In this document: one piece after another, positions 37,177 to 51,433 of the stretch
How the letters are laid out: each line of letters opens with the position of its first letter
Position numbering within the stretch: the stretch's first letter is position 1
Origin: Ophelia neglecta
Lineage: Eukaryota
Length of the DNA: 64,000 nucleotides
Reading direction: 5' to 3'
Assembly: GCA_965285935.1 (NCBI GenBank)
Contig: OZ260666.1
Location: 48,670,001 to 48,734,000 of the forward strand
Translations under genes and position numbers: made by a program
The notes under the pieces: generated by a model
Seen by the model: the letters and a program-made list of their open reading frames with translations, nothing else
The model's database searches: none
What the model was told of the DNA's origin: nothing

Positions 37177-40100
37177 TATTCCATTAACAAATGGGGAGTG
37201 GTAATGCCCACTAACTACTAGTATGACCTTGCTCCAACTGATTAGTCCCAAGCTGGGGACATGGTCCCTTATGCTATGTGTAGAGATAACTACCCAAGCT
37301 AATTGATTATTTTCTCGCAATAATGGATGAAGCTAATCTAATGAAGGGTTGCACGAGGAGGCTTTATGTCGTGTGTCAGGCATTTTACACAGATTTCCCA
37401 TGTACTGTGACGCACAACAGTATACGGCAACATATCTAGGCCAAATCGTCATTTTTAGTGTAAGCCTTTAAATATAGTACGTCATATTTACTACGTTTCT
37501 ACAAGTACTTGTTGTTTTCTGTTCTTTAGACAGCTCAATTTCATATAGCTCGATGATTTAGCAACCTATGAATCACTTTCATCAAAAAATTAATTTGCTT
37601 GCCGTTTTGCTTGACAAATAATTATCTCGCTTAATTAAATGTTTGGTACACATTGACTGATCCATGTCAAGACGAATGCAGACTGGTTATACTGTAAACT
37701 GAGCGAGGAAACTTTTCATACCGCCTGCCATTAATTATGAAAGAATGATATAATGTTTATCATATCACCGATCGTAGCATCATTTCAAAATCATTGGATT
37801 GGCAGGTTTAATTGAGTAAAAATATAATGTTACTATAGATCGTTAAAGTTCATTTGCATACATGGGAATACATTTACATGTACATGTGCATGAACGTCAA
37901 TATATTATATTCATTGAACAGGGAATCCTTCCATTGCTAGCTCATATTATTTCAATATTTGAGAGTATTGTGTTAGCATCTGTTTTCATTATTACATATT
38001 TTAAGCACCAGAGGCACTCAAAGTTTAAAACATCGTGTCTTGCAAAACTATTATTCTATTGAGTAAAAGGCAGCTCGCAGGACGGATGCATTACACAGCA
38101 GATCACGAATAAACATCCATTAATGGCTTCATAATCACGTGTTAGCGGTATTATATCTGTCCTGGATATTGGACAACGTAATAACGCCACCCGGCATAAG
38201 CTGATGGTATCTATGATGTGGATAGACAAAATTACCAATAGATTGATAATTACCATACATGTTTTCCTTGTACCGGCACATTCCATTTAATACAGCACTA
38301 CCCCCTGTATCTTAATATGTCGCAATTTAAGATTTTAATCCTTCGTTCTTCTATTTGCCAAATATTCGTGGTTCAAAATCATTTCTCCAGCCTGGTGTTT
38401 AGTATGATAAATATAGTTTCACATTTAATCCGGGCTCATTCTATGGATTTATGCAGATGCCACCACACGCCAGACGAGTGTAAATACTGTCATACTTGTT
38501 CAAATAGGGAAACAATGTGTGACATTGCCTACATGTATGTGCTTTCTGATTTGCTGGAGCCATTCATTTACATAATAGGTACCAAAGGTTTTTTCTTAGC
38601 CTTAGTTCATTTTCCTTGTTATGCTGGAAGTTCAAACAGAGTCATTCCAGTTAAAATTTGAATCATACCGTGACAAAATTAGATGAAATGCTAGCTTCCT
38701 GTCGTAGTTGATCTCACATTACATTGTACATATGTATTTTTTGCCCTGCGTCCTCTCTCACTTTATCCAGCAGTTGAATGGGATTTTAATATTTTGGTAA
38801 TTAGTGATGATCATTATGATTTCGGTCTTGATATTATTAAAATTGTGACTGTCTCCTTGTTTTTCATTTAGATTAGATTACACTACGTGATCGAAGACTT
38901 TCCAAGTTTCAGGGCGCAAGGGTTAAAGTGAAGGCAATAAAGGCAATAAACGAATTTCTATTTTCTGCTCTGTCAAACACAGTAGAACTATTCAACTATA
39001 TTTGGAGGTATTTTCCGTCTAATGTGTAAATGTAAAATATGAGAGGTCTAGGTAGGAAAATCCCCTTTACGGATTCAGGAATGTAAACTCTGTAGCTTAA
39101 ACTAAACGTTTATTATCATCACAGATAAATATTTCGTCGCTTTATCCAAGCATAATACACGGCTCAAAACCTACGGGATATCTTATAGGAGGAGAGTCAA
39201 TATACTAAATGAACCCTTTGATCGTTCGTGCTCGATTTATAGAACTTGGCGAGTGGCTTATCACCACAGCAATCAATGCCTGCTACAGCCTATGGGGGTG
39301 ATCTATTCCATGCAGACTAGAGTAGGGGCATTTGAACAACATACCTATAGCCCGGCTGTCTACTTCCGTAAATACTATAGTTTCAGAGTAAATAATACTT
39401 TGCACAGTTTTTTTAATCTAACACATCGTGTTTCCTTGTGAAATTTCATACTTGAATAACTTTAATTATAAAGTAGTTTAGCTTAAGAGCATTCGTTTAT
39501 CATTTCTACCTATTTGAGGATAAACGCCACTTCTTTTTGACTAAACCAACGATAGCTTTGTGGATGTACCCACAATATATAATCGGCCGGTGTTGTGTTC
39601 ACATGGCTAGTGTCAAATGGATTTTTGTCTATTGTGAATAATTGATCAGTTTTGTAGATTTTATAGTCCATCTACAATAAAGGATGACGAGGTTGAATAT
39701 ATGAATATACATCTGCTCTTATACAGTCCTATAGCAGGACACAAAAATAAACCTGGATGTCAACTGGACTTCAACTGATGTCAAAAGGCGCCGTATGATT
39801 CTTTTGTGAGCAGAATGAACCAGGGATTCAGAAAATGTATGATGCCAGTTTGTAACCTATGTACGCCATTAAAGGAAAAGGCAACTGCATTTATTATCCA
39901 ATGTTGAATTGCAATGATTCAAGATAAAGGTCATTTGCCATGGTCAAGGTCATTGTGCCCATAAACAAGCACACTTTGTCGTTCTTCTTAGCATTTTGCT
40001 TAATAAGTTTGAACACCAATAGTAAGGCAACATTCTAAAGTATTTCGTCGCTAGTAGACAGGTAAGTACCGCAAGCAACAATAGTGGGCACCAAAGTTTT

Positions 40101-41510
40101 AATCGGAGAACATTCCTTTTCATGACGACCTTTTTTAACAAAAAAAACGAATAAAGAAGATGAAAAATAGCAATACATGTATTTTGGATTTGCCAATGAT
40201 TTCAATTCTATGGTTTTGCAATCAACCAGCGGCTATCCAAGTGAAATATTGAAATATAATTGAGATGATTTAAGGTTTACATCATAACTTAAGATCAAGG
40301 TGATCGGGGAAAAAAACCATTAAGTTTCCGTATGTTTCTTATTCTTCTTAGTTTACCCAAAATAAGGTGGAGCATCAGCATTTATTCATCGTTCTATGGC
40401 ATTTTATCACTAGATTACAGGTACGCGAAATAAAAATATGAGCAGTGACTTTTAATTTTAGAAACATATCTTTCTCATTGTGAATCCCTTTAAAAATGCA
40501 ATGATATATTAATTATTCAATAATCAATAAAATGTTGAACATACTATGATTTAAATGTATTTGTATGCTAAAAAGCAATCACATACGAATGCAGGCATCC
40601 TTTGTATGATTTAAGCACTGTCTCATTTCCTTTGCCGCCCTAAACTGCTTTTAGTTGTAGAAGTAGCATCTGTAAATATCACAATGTAGACAAGGCGGGT
40701 GATAAATCACATTTATGTACATAAAGAGCCCATTTACCTATTACTAAAGATGTGATTTTTTCTATGCTCTTATCGTTATCCCGAACCACTGAAGGTTTAT
40801 ATGTCTGGACAGCTCTTGGCTGATAGTAAATGCACTGCTAATATATTTCATGTGGAATTAGCAAAACTGGTCGTTTCTACGTTGTAGGTCACCCATGCCA
40901 AGAAGGCTAACCGGTTTATGGGGATTTTGTAGATTTTTCCAGGTTCATCTTGTTGTGTTAACTATTGTGGTGAACAGGAAAGAAATGGAATACCACGAGC
41001 TTTGTAATCCAAATCATAGTGTGTTAATCTAACTCGTGCAATTTTGGAAAGAGCAAGTATTATATACTTTAGTTTCTGAGTTCATTTGCAAAAAAATAAG
41101 CTTAGGGTTATGAAATGTTTCATGGCTATTCAGAAGGATAAAAAACGAGCCGTAGGCGATTTTTTAGACATATAGTTAGCCACAGAACAGCACATTACAC
41201 CAACTTAGTCCACACTGATATTTATCACTCTGGGGTCCATTTATGCAGAGATGCAAGCAGTAAGTAAAACAGGGTGGCATAATATATCATAGTGGGTAGA
41301 GGACGGCAGGGACCATTAAGGCTACACAGGGCCACCTGCGTGTTCGCCTACCAATATTAGTAATTAGATGTTTGTTTAATCCATGCAATTTGAGTTTATG
41401 ATTTATTACAAGATGCAAGAAGAAAAGAAGAAATTTCACATGCTTCTTATAAGAGATACCGGCCGCCGGGTGTATGCTGAATGCCGTCGACAGATCTATA
41501 GTAGCATTCC

Positions 41511-41702
41511 AGTACACATGGACTTCCTCTTATTCTCTGCCTTCAATTATCAATACCAGCTCGCACGCCAAGCGGCTCAGCAGTGCCTGGAACATCATGC
41601 AGCAATACAGTTGTTAAGGCTCAGCCACAAACGCCATTGCTGGCATTTGGGAAGGATCAACCATTCGACTCTGATAAGCGCTGTACTATTGAGGAACAAG
41701 CC
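41511..41702. repeat. Old dispersed non-coding repeat, family A copy 2
   Basis: Collinear, same-orientation match to 35571-35763. Confidence 0.8.
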
Positions 41703-43515
41703 TGTGACGGTGACTTGTATGGAATATCAGAAAGAGCAGTGGGATAGTTTAAAATTTCATGCGCCAAACATTTTTTTCATTTGAGGTAAGTATTTTGTTG
41801 TTCCATTGCTCACTGAAATTGGAAGATGTAGTGTCATGTTGGTAGGCCTACCAGTATCCATTTATGTAATCAGTGGTGAGTAGCATCAGTGGAAAGTATA
41901 GAAGCATACAAGACAACTTATTTACAGATTTGTCCATATAGGCCAACCATAAACAATAAGCATGTATTCTTATTATTTGTTTCAACCGAAGTTGTAAATT
42001 GCATTTATTATCTTCCGAATGTGTCTCCTATGATGAAATGAGCTTACATGTAGCTACTTTTTCTATTTCAATGGCCCCATTTTTATTCTCAAAGCCTATT
42101 ATTCAAGCACATATTTGTCTGGCACTATTGACAATTACTGGTGACCATAAGCTCAAACAGAGCCAACAAACGTAATGTTTTTCTCTTGATAGTTCTATTC
42201 CATAATAATGTTGCTTTGTTAAAGGAAATCTAATTCGAAAAAATGTAATAGGTGCGTCTTAGTTATAAACTAAGCTAAATGAATGACATTCTCTGGCTCA
42301 CCTCATATGGTGTACATTTGATATAGCCTTTACTATACCCTAAAGGATTTTGCAGAATAAAGAATGAATTGGAAAGACTTATTCAATATGTCTAGCGTAT
42401 AGTGTAATTGATACGCTAGAGGTTGTGTACATCATGAAATAAAAATTTGCTAACAGGTTTCTTCCCTGATAAATGAGCTTACATTGATGGCATGTTTTAG
42501 TGTCAACAAATTACACCTGTTTAATGATTTAATCCCTGACCCATTAATAGGTTTCCCATATGTACTACAACAAAATAAACTACCTTTGGATTTCTCTGTT
42601 CATAAAACACCGAGCTGTGTACGAGTTTATGCTGACACAGCCCGTTAGGCAGCCATCATGGGAGCATAAATAGCAGTGATATATTGCTACCCTATATATA
42701 TATTTGGTGTTTGAGACGAATCTTATCCTGGATAGGTGATAAATTATATGAAAACAAGCATCAATGATCAGTGATGCCTTGCGGCTGTGCGTAAGCCTAA
42801 GATTGTGCTCAAGCGGTTGCTTCTATAAAGAATCATATATCGATGGATGTAAAAGTGGGCTTGATAAAGCTCCAATTTCCTAACCTTATCCATTTTCCTT
42901 TCTTTGAATAATGTCATGTGTTTCAGCATATAAGTAAAGTGCACCTTGGTGTATTTCATAAAGGTATACAAAAGTTTGGAACAACTCAGTAATATCACCT
43001 CGTTTCATTCACATAGAAGTGTCACTCAGACGCTATATTACATTTCATGATCATAGTAACAGGAAAGTATACGTCGCATAGACTCACTAAACCTGGCTAC
43101 CGGGAAATGCTATTCCAAATCAATATTGCATGGCTGCAGCTGGATATCTCTCTGACTCTTTTGTGTCCCTTTGTTGCTTTCGTATGTGTTGCTAAATATT
43201 TGAGGCATCCGTTTATAGTTTGTTCTCTTTCGCTGCACCTGTCTTTTGCCGAGATGCACTAGTTTGTTTTCTAGCAATCAGTTTTAATTGTTGTATAGTT
43301 AAGTTGGGTCATGACTTAGTAACTCTGTCATATATGTATATTTAAACCAATCTTCAAACTTCGTTATTTTTTGCTAAATACGCCTTTTTTTTCTAAACAT
43401 TACATAGAAATAAATGTCAAAACGGCTGTTATTGGTTACTACACATGTATACCCCGCCTGGAAGTCTTAGTCAAGAGCATGCAATCACTTCATCATTCTA
43501 GTGGCCACCATACAT

Positions 43516-43684
43516 TACTTTCATCATTGACTTCATTTGGCCTGTTAATGGTAGAAGCATTGATTATCTGAAGCACGCCATGTGCTTTTTCAGCCTGCAC
43601 TTACCTAGGAGTGTATTTGGCAGACGATGATCATTTTTGCCACTGAGTTCCTGCAGTATACCATTGAGATGCAATGGGTCAATC
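43516..43684. repeat. Old dispersed non-coding repeat, family B copy 2
   Basis: Collinear match to 37043-37176 with an extra internal segment of about 35 bp. Confidence 0.72.
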
Positions 43685-46600
43685 CTAGACAATATAACTA
43701 TTATCAAATAGGGACGGTATTGAAACCTAAATTGGTATATACGTTTTTCTTTAGGTTTTTATTTTGCTGGAAATGACTTTCAATTTATTAGGAATCACTC
43801 CGAGAATGCGTTTATTAGGGAAAAGAGATATCTGTTATAAGCTGACCAAGGCTGCTTTCCTTTAGGCTCCATCTCACTCTTAATTGTAAAATGTTGACTT
43901 CTTCGCATATCTGGTGGCAACAAATGTTTACGAGGCAAGCAAATTTGTAGTTAAAGGGAGTTGGAAAATGGCGTTTGAGGGCCTGCGGCAGATGGTTACT
44001 GATGGATTTTGGCCAATTTTCTTATCTTATTTACTTTTTTCCACAAATCATATATAACAGATTTGAAATGAATGCCGTTTTCCTAATAAATTTTTGTCAT
44101 ATAAAATATTGGTGTCAGGGGCAGGAGGTGCGGCGGCGGTTTTTCGAAAATGTATCTTGTGTAGTCGAGGTGCGTCAATATTGACTAGGACAGACAATAA
44201 CGATATATACTTATACAAAATGTCAGGCAAATTACAACATGTCTATCCCATTTTACTGCTTTTTTATAAGTAGTTCTATTAGGAAACCAGAGGCAGCTAT
44301 AATTGCCAAAATAATACATGGGGGAAAAGGAACAAAAACGAGCTAAAGGCGAAAATGCCTTGTTTTCTCTTTTGTTACACAAAAAATGGGTATAATGAGA
44401 ATGCCTTGGAAACTGTGTTAATAAAGTGCCTGTGTAATTCACATCCATCTCTTTATTGGTCTTAAAGCAACAGCGCCCGCTTCCCTTCCTATTTCAAGTG
44501 CCTATTTATTTCGTTAAAAAGGAGCACAAGGTTGCGTGTTTGCAATATCGTAAGTTCGCTTCTCATAATTGGGTTAGACGTACACGGGTTTGCACTACAT
44601 GCCTATGTGTACAAGCTATGTAATATTTTGTTGGTGCGTAAAGGCAACAGCCTGTATACCTGATGATTACCGCAAACCCCGGTCCTTAAAATGAAGGGAT
44701 CTTCATCGTGCCATGATAATTGCCGTGAGTACAGCCATATTAGTGTTTTCGTTAATATGCACCGAGGCTCGGGGAACAAATTCTCCTCCAGTGATTATTG
44801 ATTAAACCCAGTTCATGCTTGGAAATGCTCGGACAAATGAGAGAGCAGTAACGCCCATGTATTTTGTAAAAAGCGGTGTTCTGTGGTCGGCTGACCGAAA
44901 TCTTTATTCCCAACAAATTTAGAAAGAAATGGCGCGAAACGCTTAGATACAAAATGTTTGACGTCCAAGTACAGGATTATTTATGCTGCGATGGTGGTTG
45001 CCTATTAGCGGGGTCGGCACGCTCTCGGACACAGTTCGGTGTTAAGGAACATAGAAAGCAAAATAAAATTTATTATGTTAATGTGCATATGGCCTAAGTA
45101 TAAACGGGTCAAGGATTAATCAGGAATAATGTATTAAATTGGTCTGGAATCAAGTCACGTATAATTTAAGACACTGATAAAGTGTCATAAATTTATTTTC
45201 TAGAAAACTTATTAACATCTCGATACTAATGGAAGTGTTTACGAATCCCCAGTAAATAGATAATTCCGAGTTTAACGTGATAGAAAATCCTTGAAGTTAA
45301 CGTGTTGCAAGAATCTCCTTAATTATTGCTCCATTATAGCAAACAGTAAGTTCGCGTTGAATACAAACAATAATAGGATCAATTAACAATTTTAGAAATT
45401 GAAACCTGTCTGTGAATAAGAAGGAAAGGGTGAATCGATAAATGTTGTTGTAACTAGTAAAATAGACCGCTGATTCACGGATTACTCCGCAAAAAATAGA
45501 CTAATGTTCAATTGTATACCTCATGTATTCGGGAATAAGACTTCAAAAAGGACTGTTTTTGTGTCTGTTATTTTCTGTATTTCTGCAATAAAATATAAAA
45601 CATACCTTTAGAAAAAGGGTTTATCCGCTTGAAGGCGGGTCAATACAGATACTGTTTTTACTTTCATGTCTGATTTAAGTTCGTATAGTCAATGGCCGAT
45701 TTAATATGTTGGTGCCATCTTTAATCATTGCCTAATGCCTCTCTTGCCAAGGCAATGCGTCGAAGAGATTAAACCCTGGGCTTGTTCCCTTGAAAGCATA
45801 GAAAAGTAATATCCTTCCTTATGGCCTCATTGATTTAATGCTTTCCGTGAAACGACAAACAAACCCCCGCCCTTGCTCTTACATCCGATCGGCCTTCATT
45901 GAGTGACGCCGTAGCTCTGTGTACATTGATAAAGTCACAGGGAGGAAGTACGTAGTCAAGATAAATAAAATCCCGGGTACACAATGTGCAAAAATAGTGA
46001 GGCAAATGCATCTGATGATCGGTATTTTTCTATTTTTTTCCAATAACACGTTCAAGCAAGTGAAAACTATAACTAGTTGGTTACATGTCATTTGCTCTTT
46101 ATTGTTTATAACTCGCGATCGCCGAAATAGCGCTGGCCATCTCAGGTCGTTGTATTTCAAAGCATATCTCACCGATTCTCGTTTTTATCCGAAAGATTTT
46201 GGGTAATGAATGAGTTCAGCTAAAATATACAAGCGACAAGCGGTTCTGATGAGTCAAAAGCAGTGAAGGATTACCAAGTTGGGTCCATGCATCTTACCTG
46301 AAGTCGACAGTAGCAATAAATCTTCATTATTATAGCCTACAATTCTATCCTTCTCAATTTGATACTTTCAATCCATAAGGAGACGTCTTCATTGAGTTAT
46401 TTTCTTGACTAAATGCTGAAAAGTCTAATGGATAGGATCGATCTGTTTATAAAATAAACTAACCAATCTCATTATTTTTCGAGGTAAGCTTAGTTATATT
46501 GTAATAATATCGATTCGTGGATTTATTTCTATTATGATGATTGTATGAATCTACTAGTCCCCTTAAATGAAATCTTCTTTAGATACCTCACTACATACTT

Positions 46601-49068
46601 ACTGGTAGATTCGCTATTTAGGTCAATAAGTCGTATTCACTACACATCTGGATTGTGTGTTGATGAACCTTTACCTATTGGTTATAAAATCCGAATTCAG
46701 TAACGCATTTCAAAAAAATTCCCCCCCCCCCCCCGGCAAATTTCGAGTTTATGCAAGTTATTTTGATTCGCCTTTCCTGGAATCAATGAAAGGGTCGACC
46801 GCTTATTACCAAACAGCCATGTTGTAATGGCTGGCCTTGTTTGGATACGGGATGGTACGCTACAATGCAGTTATGTTTTAAGAACACATATCAATATCCT
46901 GACTTCGCTCTCGGGATTGCGGAACAAATCATGTTTCGATCCGTAAAAGCAGCAGCCTAGCGTTTTGATAGGTTCAAACTAGTGAATGTTAAAAAGGCGG
47001 CCCTTGTCTCTTAATTAATGGCCGACAGTATCAATGCATCTTCATTATGCCCCATCATTATTTCATTCGAAGCTTTCAAGAAGATAGCTTTCATATATAT
47101 ATTACACTCCTATCTGAGTAGATCTTCCATAGAACCTGACAATTTTATTGGTGATTAATTTGGTAGCTCGAATTTAATATTTCATAATAAGCCCCTAACA
47201 TGCTCTTCTCCCCAGGTAAAATATGATTTTGATACACTCTAAATAATATACATGATAGCCAGTAGCTGGGACAAATATACACACTGCCGATTTTATTGAC
47301 TACCATAATTATGTGGAAACGACTCAACATATGACATTATGACACAATTCCCATGCTGTTTGGCTTCTACCAGGCTTTTAATATACGAGTTATGGCTAGC
47401 TGTATTCCAATGCGACACCTATGAATTGAACACAATGAATAATAGATATATGCTCATTCTATTAAACAAAATGAATCCGAAAATATTATTAACAATGAAA
47501 CACATTACCAAGCATCAATAATTACAGATGTGTCAACTGTGTAACCTTTTTTTCGTTCATAAGGAAACTGATATTCTGCGACTTGTGTGGTCTGCCGAGG
47601 TTCTAATATACCAACCATATCGGAAAGCCCATTTCTGCCGTGCTGCCTAACGCCATAATTTCTCATTGGTAAATTCAATTCGTTTCAGAATCTGTCATAC
47701 TTGTACATGTGAGGTTTTTACTCGTGGCTTGTACCAGGTCCGTTTATTTGATTTAACTGTGACGTTTGCGTAGTATAAATGTAAACTTTATAATCCCAGG
47801 CTCGCCAAGATGAACTTTGCGCTGATCAACAACCAGTTAACCATCAGCAATTATTCTACAGTTGGTTCTAGAACGAAAAACCAATATCCGCTTGAAAAGA
47901 GTTTTTTGTTGAAGTTATAATTGTAACCGGGATGAAATTGTGGAATGCAATGACACAAGCACGATTAGTTTTCATCTAAAATAGGAAAAGAGCAGTGTGT
48001 GTGTGTGGGGGGGGGGGGAGTCTATGCCGTGTTCAAAACAGCAATGAAAATACTGTATATGTTTACATTAATTGAGTATGACTGACTTCACTTGGCTACC
48101 GTCGTGGTTGTTGTTGTTTGTAATGCCAGGGCTTCGTTGTTGATTGTTTGTGAGAGTGTAACGGAAACTGAACCCTAAAGACCGCCTGTCCATTGGTTAA
48201 TTAGAAAAGAGTTGTTTCTTCAGGTATGTTATAAATTGTATTACACATAAAAGTTCAAGGCATGCGTTTGCATAGAGCATTAACATAGAAGGACAATGGC
48301 TGCTTACATAGACTGTGAACAAAAAGGCCTAGAGGTCCTGGGTTCTGATATTCGATCTTAATAGTGATTTTTTGTGTCTTCAGAGCACTATAATTAAAAA
48401 CCTTTTAGGAACTCACTCCAACTTCCTCTGATAGCTCTCCCCAGCTTGTTTTACTTCATTGAAGTAGGTTCTGTTGTGCATCACTTAAATTATATATTGG
48501 TGACAGATTTTAGACGGTTCTAAATGTCTTAAGGTGAACGTTTCCCAAGAATAATAGTCGCAATGGGCCAAGGTTTTATCATACCCTCGTACTTGAGTCG
48601 GTATCATTTGGTTTACCGCCATCCGCGTGGCAGGTTATGGCTCTCTGATTATGAAGGTTTTTGGCCCGAGATTTTAAATGCGTGCGATAGAAGACACGTT
48701 TCATATTATATGGTTTTTGCGCTGATTAACCTCTGCCTTCACGTACCCATATTATACACCTTTAAGTAACATACTCGTTAGAGACCTCAGGATTGGTGTT
48801 TGTTAGCCTGCAGTTGATGTTCATGGATGCATACGTGACCAATGAAAGGCTAAATCCTTATCAATTTGTTTACACTAATATCAAAAGACATGCGTAGATG
48901 TAAAGAAAATTTAAGCTACTCTGGGATCGATCATAATGATACATACTCGTACGATCCCACAGTAATTTTTTATGGACAGGTGGACTGTTTAAAGTTCTAC
49001 CGTCTCTGAGGACGATGAAATGATTCATCTACAGCTGATTCATTAAATGGTATCATCATGGTCGCAGT

Positions 49069-50296
49069 CTTAAGTGGAATCCCCACATTAACAAAGTGTC
49101 TAGTAAGGTTTGGTATTTTAAATAGACTCAAACACTCTCTTCCTGAACATATTTTAGTGATGCTGTACAATACCTTAATTCTCCCGCATTTTACCTACTG
49201 TATTACTGCCTGGGGTTTCGATTGTCATAGATTGATGGGATTACAGAAAAGGGCGGTGAGGATCGCCACATTAAGCAATTTCCTTTCTCATTCTGAACCA
49301 ATTCTTAAAAGACTTGGTCTACTGAAGATACAAGATCTTTACAAGTTAAATGTACTTAAATTCTTCTATAAATTTTCACATTTGTTACTACCTGATTATT
49401 TCACGTCGTTTCCTATTTTCCAACACGTAAATTTACATTCATATAATACAAGAAACCGAGATCAATACTATATCCCATTTAGTAAACATTTTTTCACTAA
49501 GAAATCTATCAGGCACAGTGTAGTGGCTGTAGTTAATGATAGTCCTCCCTCTGTATTAGATAAAGTTTCTACGCATAGCCTGCAAGGCTTTACTAATTAC
49601 GTTAAGAAAAGCTATATTACTTCGTACAGTGAAAGCTGTAACATTCCTAACTGTTATGTGTGTGCAAGACAATAATTCTGCTTTATATGCATGTATGTCC
49701 ATATTTATGCTCTCTGTATAATTTTTTGTGTACGGGACAATGATTTTGCTTTATATGCAGGTATGTCCATATTTATGCTCTCTATATAATTTGAGGCCGA
49801 AACTGTGCATTTGAATTTTATGAGCGTACAGGACAATAATTTTGCTTTATATGCATGTGTCCAAAATAATTGTTATGCTCTCTATATAATTTGTGTGCAG
49901 GTCAATAATTTTGCTTTATATGCATGTATGTCCATAATCATGCTCTCTGTATAATTTGAGGCCGAAACTGTGTATTTAAATTTTATGATAGTCTTATTTT
50001 CACAGATGAATTAACCGTTAATCTGTACACGCATCATAATTATGTATGTGGTAACGCATTCAATTCTCTTTTACTTTTTTTCAATGTATTTATATTATAC
50101 ATCTTTATTACATACGGCTTTGTTTACTTTGGCTTAACCATGGTTATAATGATTTATTAGTCTGGGTGGCCCTCACGCTAGCGACTTTTACAAGTCTTAG
50201 TGAGGGTCTCCCTGGTCAAGTGTTATATTGTAAATTCATACAACCTTTATCAATTATTGTACATATGTTAGACCAAATAAAATTATATCTGAATCT
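49069..50296 (+). mobile_element. 5'-truncated non-LTR retrotransposon (L2/Crack/CR1 group): ORF2 C-terminus plus 3'UTR and tail
   Basis: Post-RT LINE motifs: LKWNPHINKVSSKV (frameshift near 49111), then GILNRLKH, LYNTLILPHFTYC..AWG, LQKRAVRI, HSEPIL..LGLL, YNTRN and a terminal CxxxxCYVC (stop at 49675). The 3'UTR has internal repeats, a stem-loop at 50168-50208, AATAAA and an (ATCTGA)-type tail. GCAGT flanks both ends (49064-49068 and 50297-50301) and may be a TSD. Confidence 0.88.
49667..49990 (+). repeat. Higher-order tandem repeat in the LINE 3'UTR (2 units of about 165 bp, each made of two related subunits)
   Basis: TGCTTTATATGCA...ATGCTCTCT.TATAATTT recurs at about 49679, 49747, 49843 and 49912. 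GAGGCCGAAACTGTG follows only subunits 2 and 4. Confidence 0.85.
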
Positions 50297-51413
50297 GCAG
50301 TGGAAAAGGTTTATCGCCGTTTGAAACTATTTTGTAATAGATTAATCATACATATTCGCCTTGGATAAATATTTATCAAATCCATTCATTCAAAGCGCAG
50401 CAGTCCCTCCTTTTTTAAGAAGAAATTAATATCAGGAAAAACTGTGGATTAACTTTCTCTTTTAGATTCAATGAAAGACGTGTAGTGAATTCTTGAAACT
50501 ACTATTGATTGTTATATATCATTTTGATACTCACTTTAAACCTACTAGATTAAGTTCCTTGGACAACCTTCGTCATTTCGTTTTTATTAAATCATTTCCA
50601 GTCAACTCCCCATAATTATAATGTTCTAATGTGATTTTAACCAAACCAGATGAAACGACCTTCTTGGAGCTGGGTGCTGACCTATATTCCTGAATGCCGA
50701 GCGATATAATTTCATTCCTAGCTCATAAATTTATTGAAATCGGTGATGTGCCAAACGTAATTCTTTTTCGTGCGAAGGGTCAGCTTAACTTGTCTCATTT
50801 ATCGCCACAATCGCCCGGAACATTCTGAAAGCCTGTAAACCCAATTACTCGTTAGGCCATCCCAGTGGTCACTTAAATAAAAGCTCAAGCCTTGAGTGGG
50901 CCAGCCAAGGACCAAGATGATTAGATTCATTATCAGTTAGAACATATTCATATACAGTCGCCGAATATTTTATCATGGCAATTTTTCTTACCTAGTTATT
51001 ATGAATTGTGTTTAATGTTGCTTTATCGGTTTAAACAATCTGATAATTCAATTTAAACACCGATTAACGCGGTATCAGCTAATCGGTAATAGCTTATCAA
51101 TCCTGATACTTAAGACCGCTTTCAGAAACTGGTCCCAGAAGCACCTAGCTAGAGGCCTACAAATATCATTCCCATTAAGTGTAGCTCTTCGACACAATCC
51201 GCAAGCAGGGCTTTCTGATGGGAGGATGATGATCAAGGTGTGCCCCAGCATCCTCTCTAACGGTCGATAAACTAATATATCAACATTTCGTGCCTTTCTT
51301 CTATATCAGAGCCGTCACAAAATCGATTTTGATGCCAACTAAAAGAACTGTATAGTGCTCAAACAATAGGAGGTTCTACCTTTTGAAACAAGGGAGATAG
51401 TTGCTCTGAATGT

Positions 51414-51433
51414 ATATATATATATATATATAT
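51414..51433. repeat. (TA)n microsatellite
   Basis: About 10 consecutive TA/AT units. Confidence 0.85.

Noticed and set aside
39920-40310. CAAGGTCA-like motifs here, and CCATRGYAACC-like motifs at 4900-5290, hinting at Helitron-type non-autonomous elements
   Set aside because: No termini or 3' hairpin could be defined, so the evidence is insufficient to annotate.
41383-41784. 133-aa ORF overlapping repeat A copy 2
   Set aside because: The homologous copy at 35.6 kb has stops in the aligned frame, and the substitutions are not biased to third positions.
49667-49990. Regularly spaced repeats resembling a CRISPR array
   Set aside because: The context is eukaryotic, the spacers are themselves repeated, and the array is inside a LINE 3'UTR.
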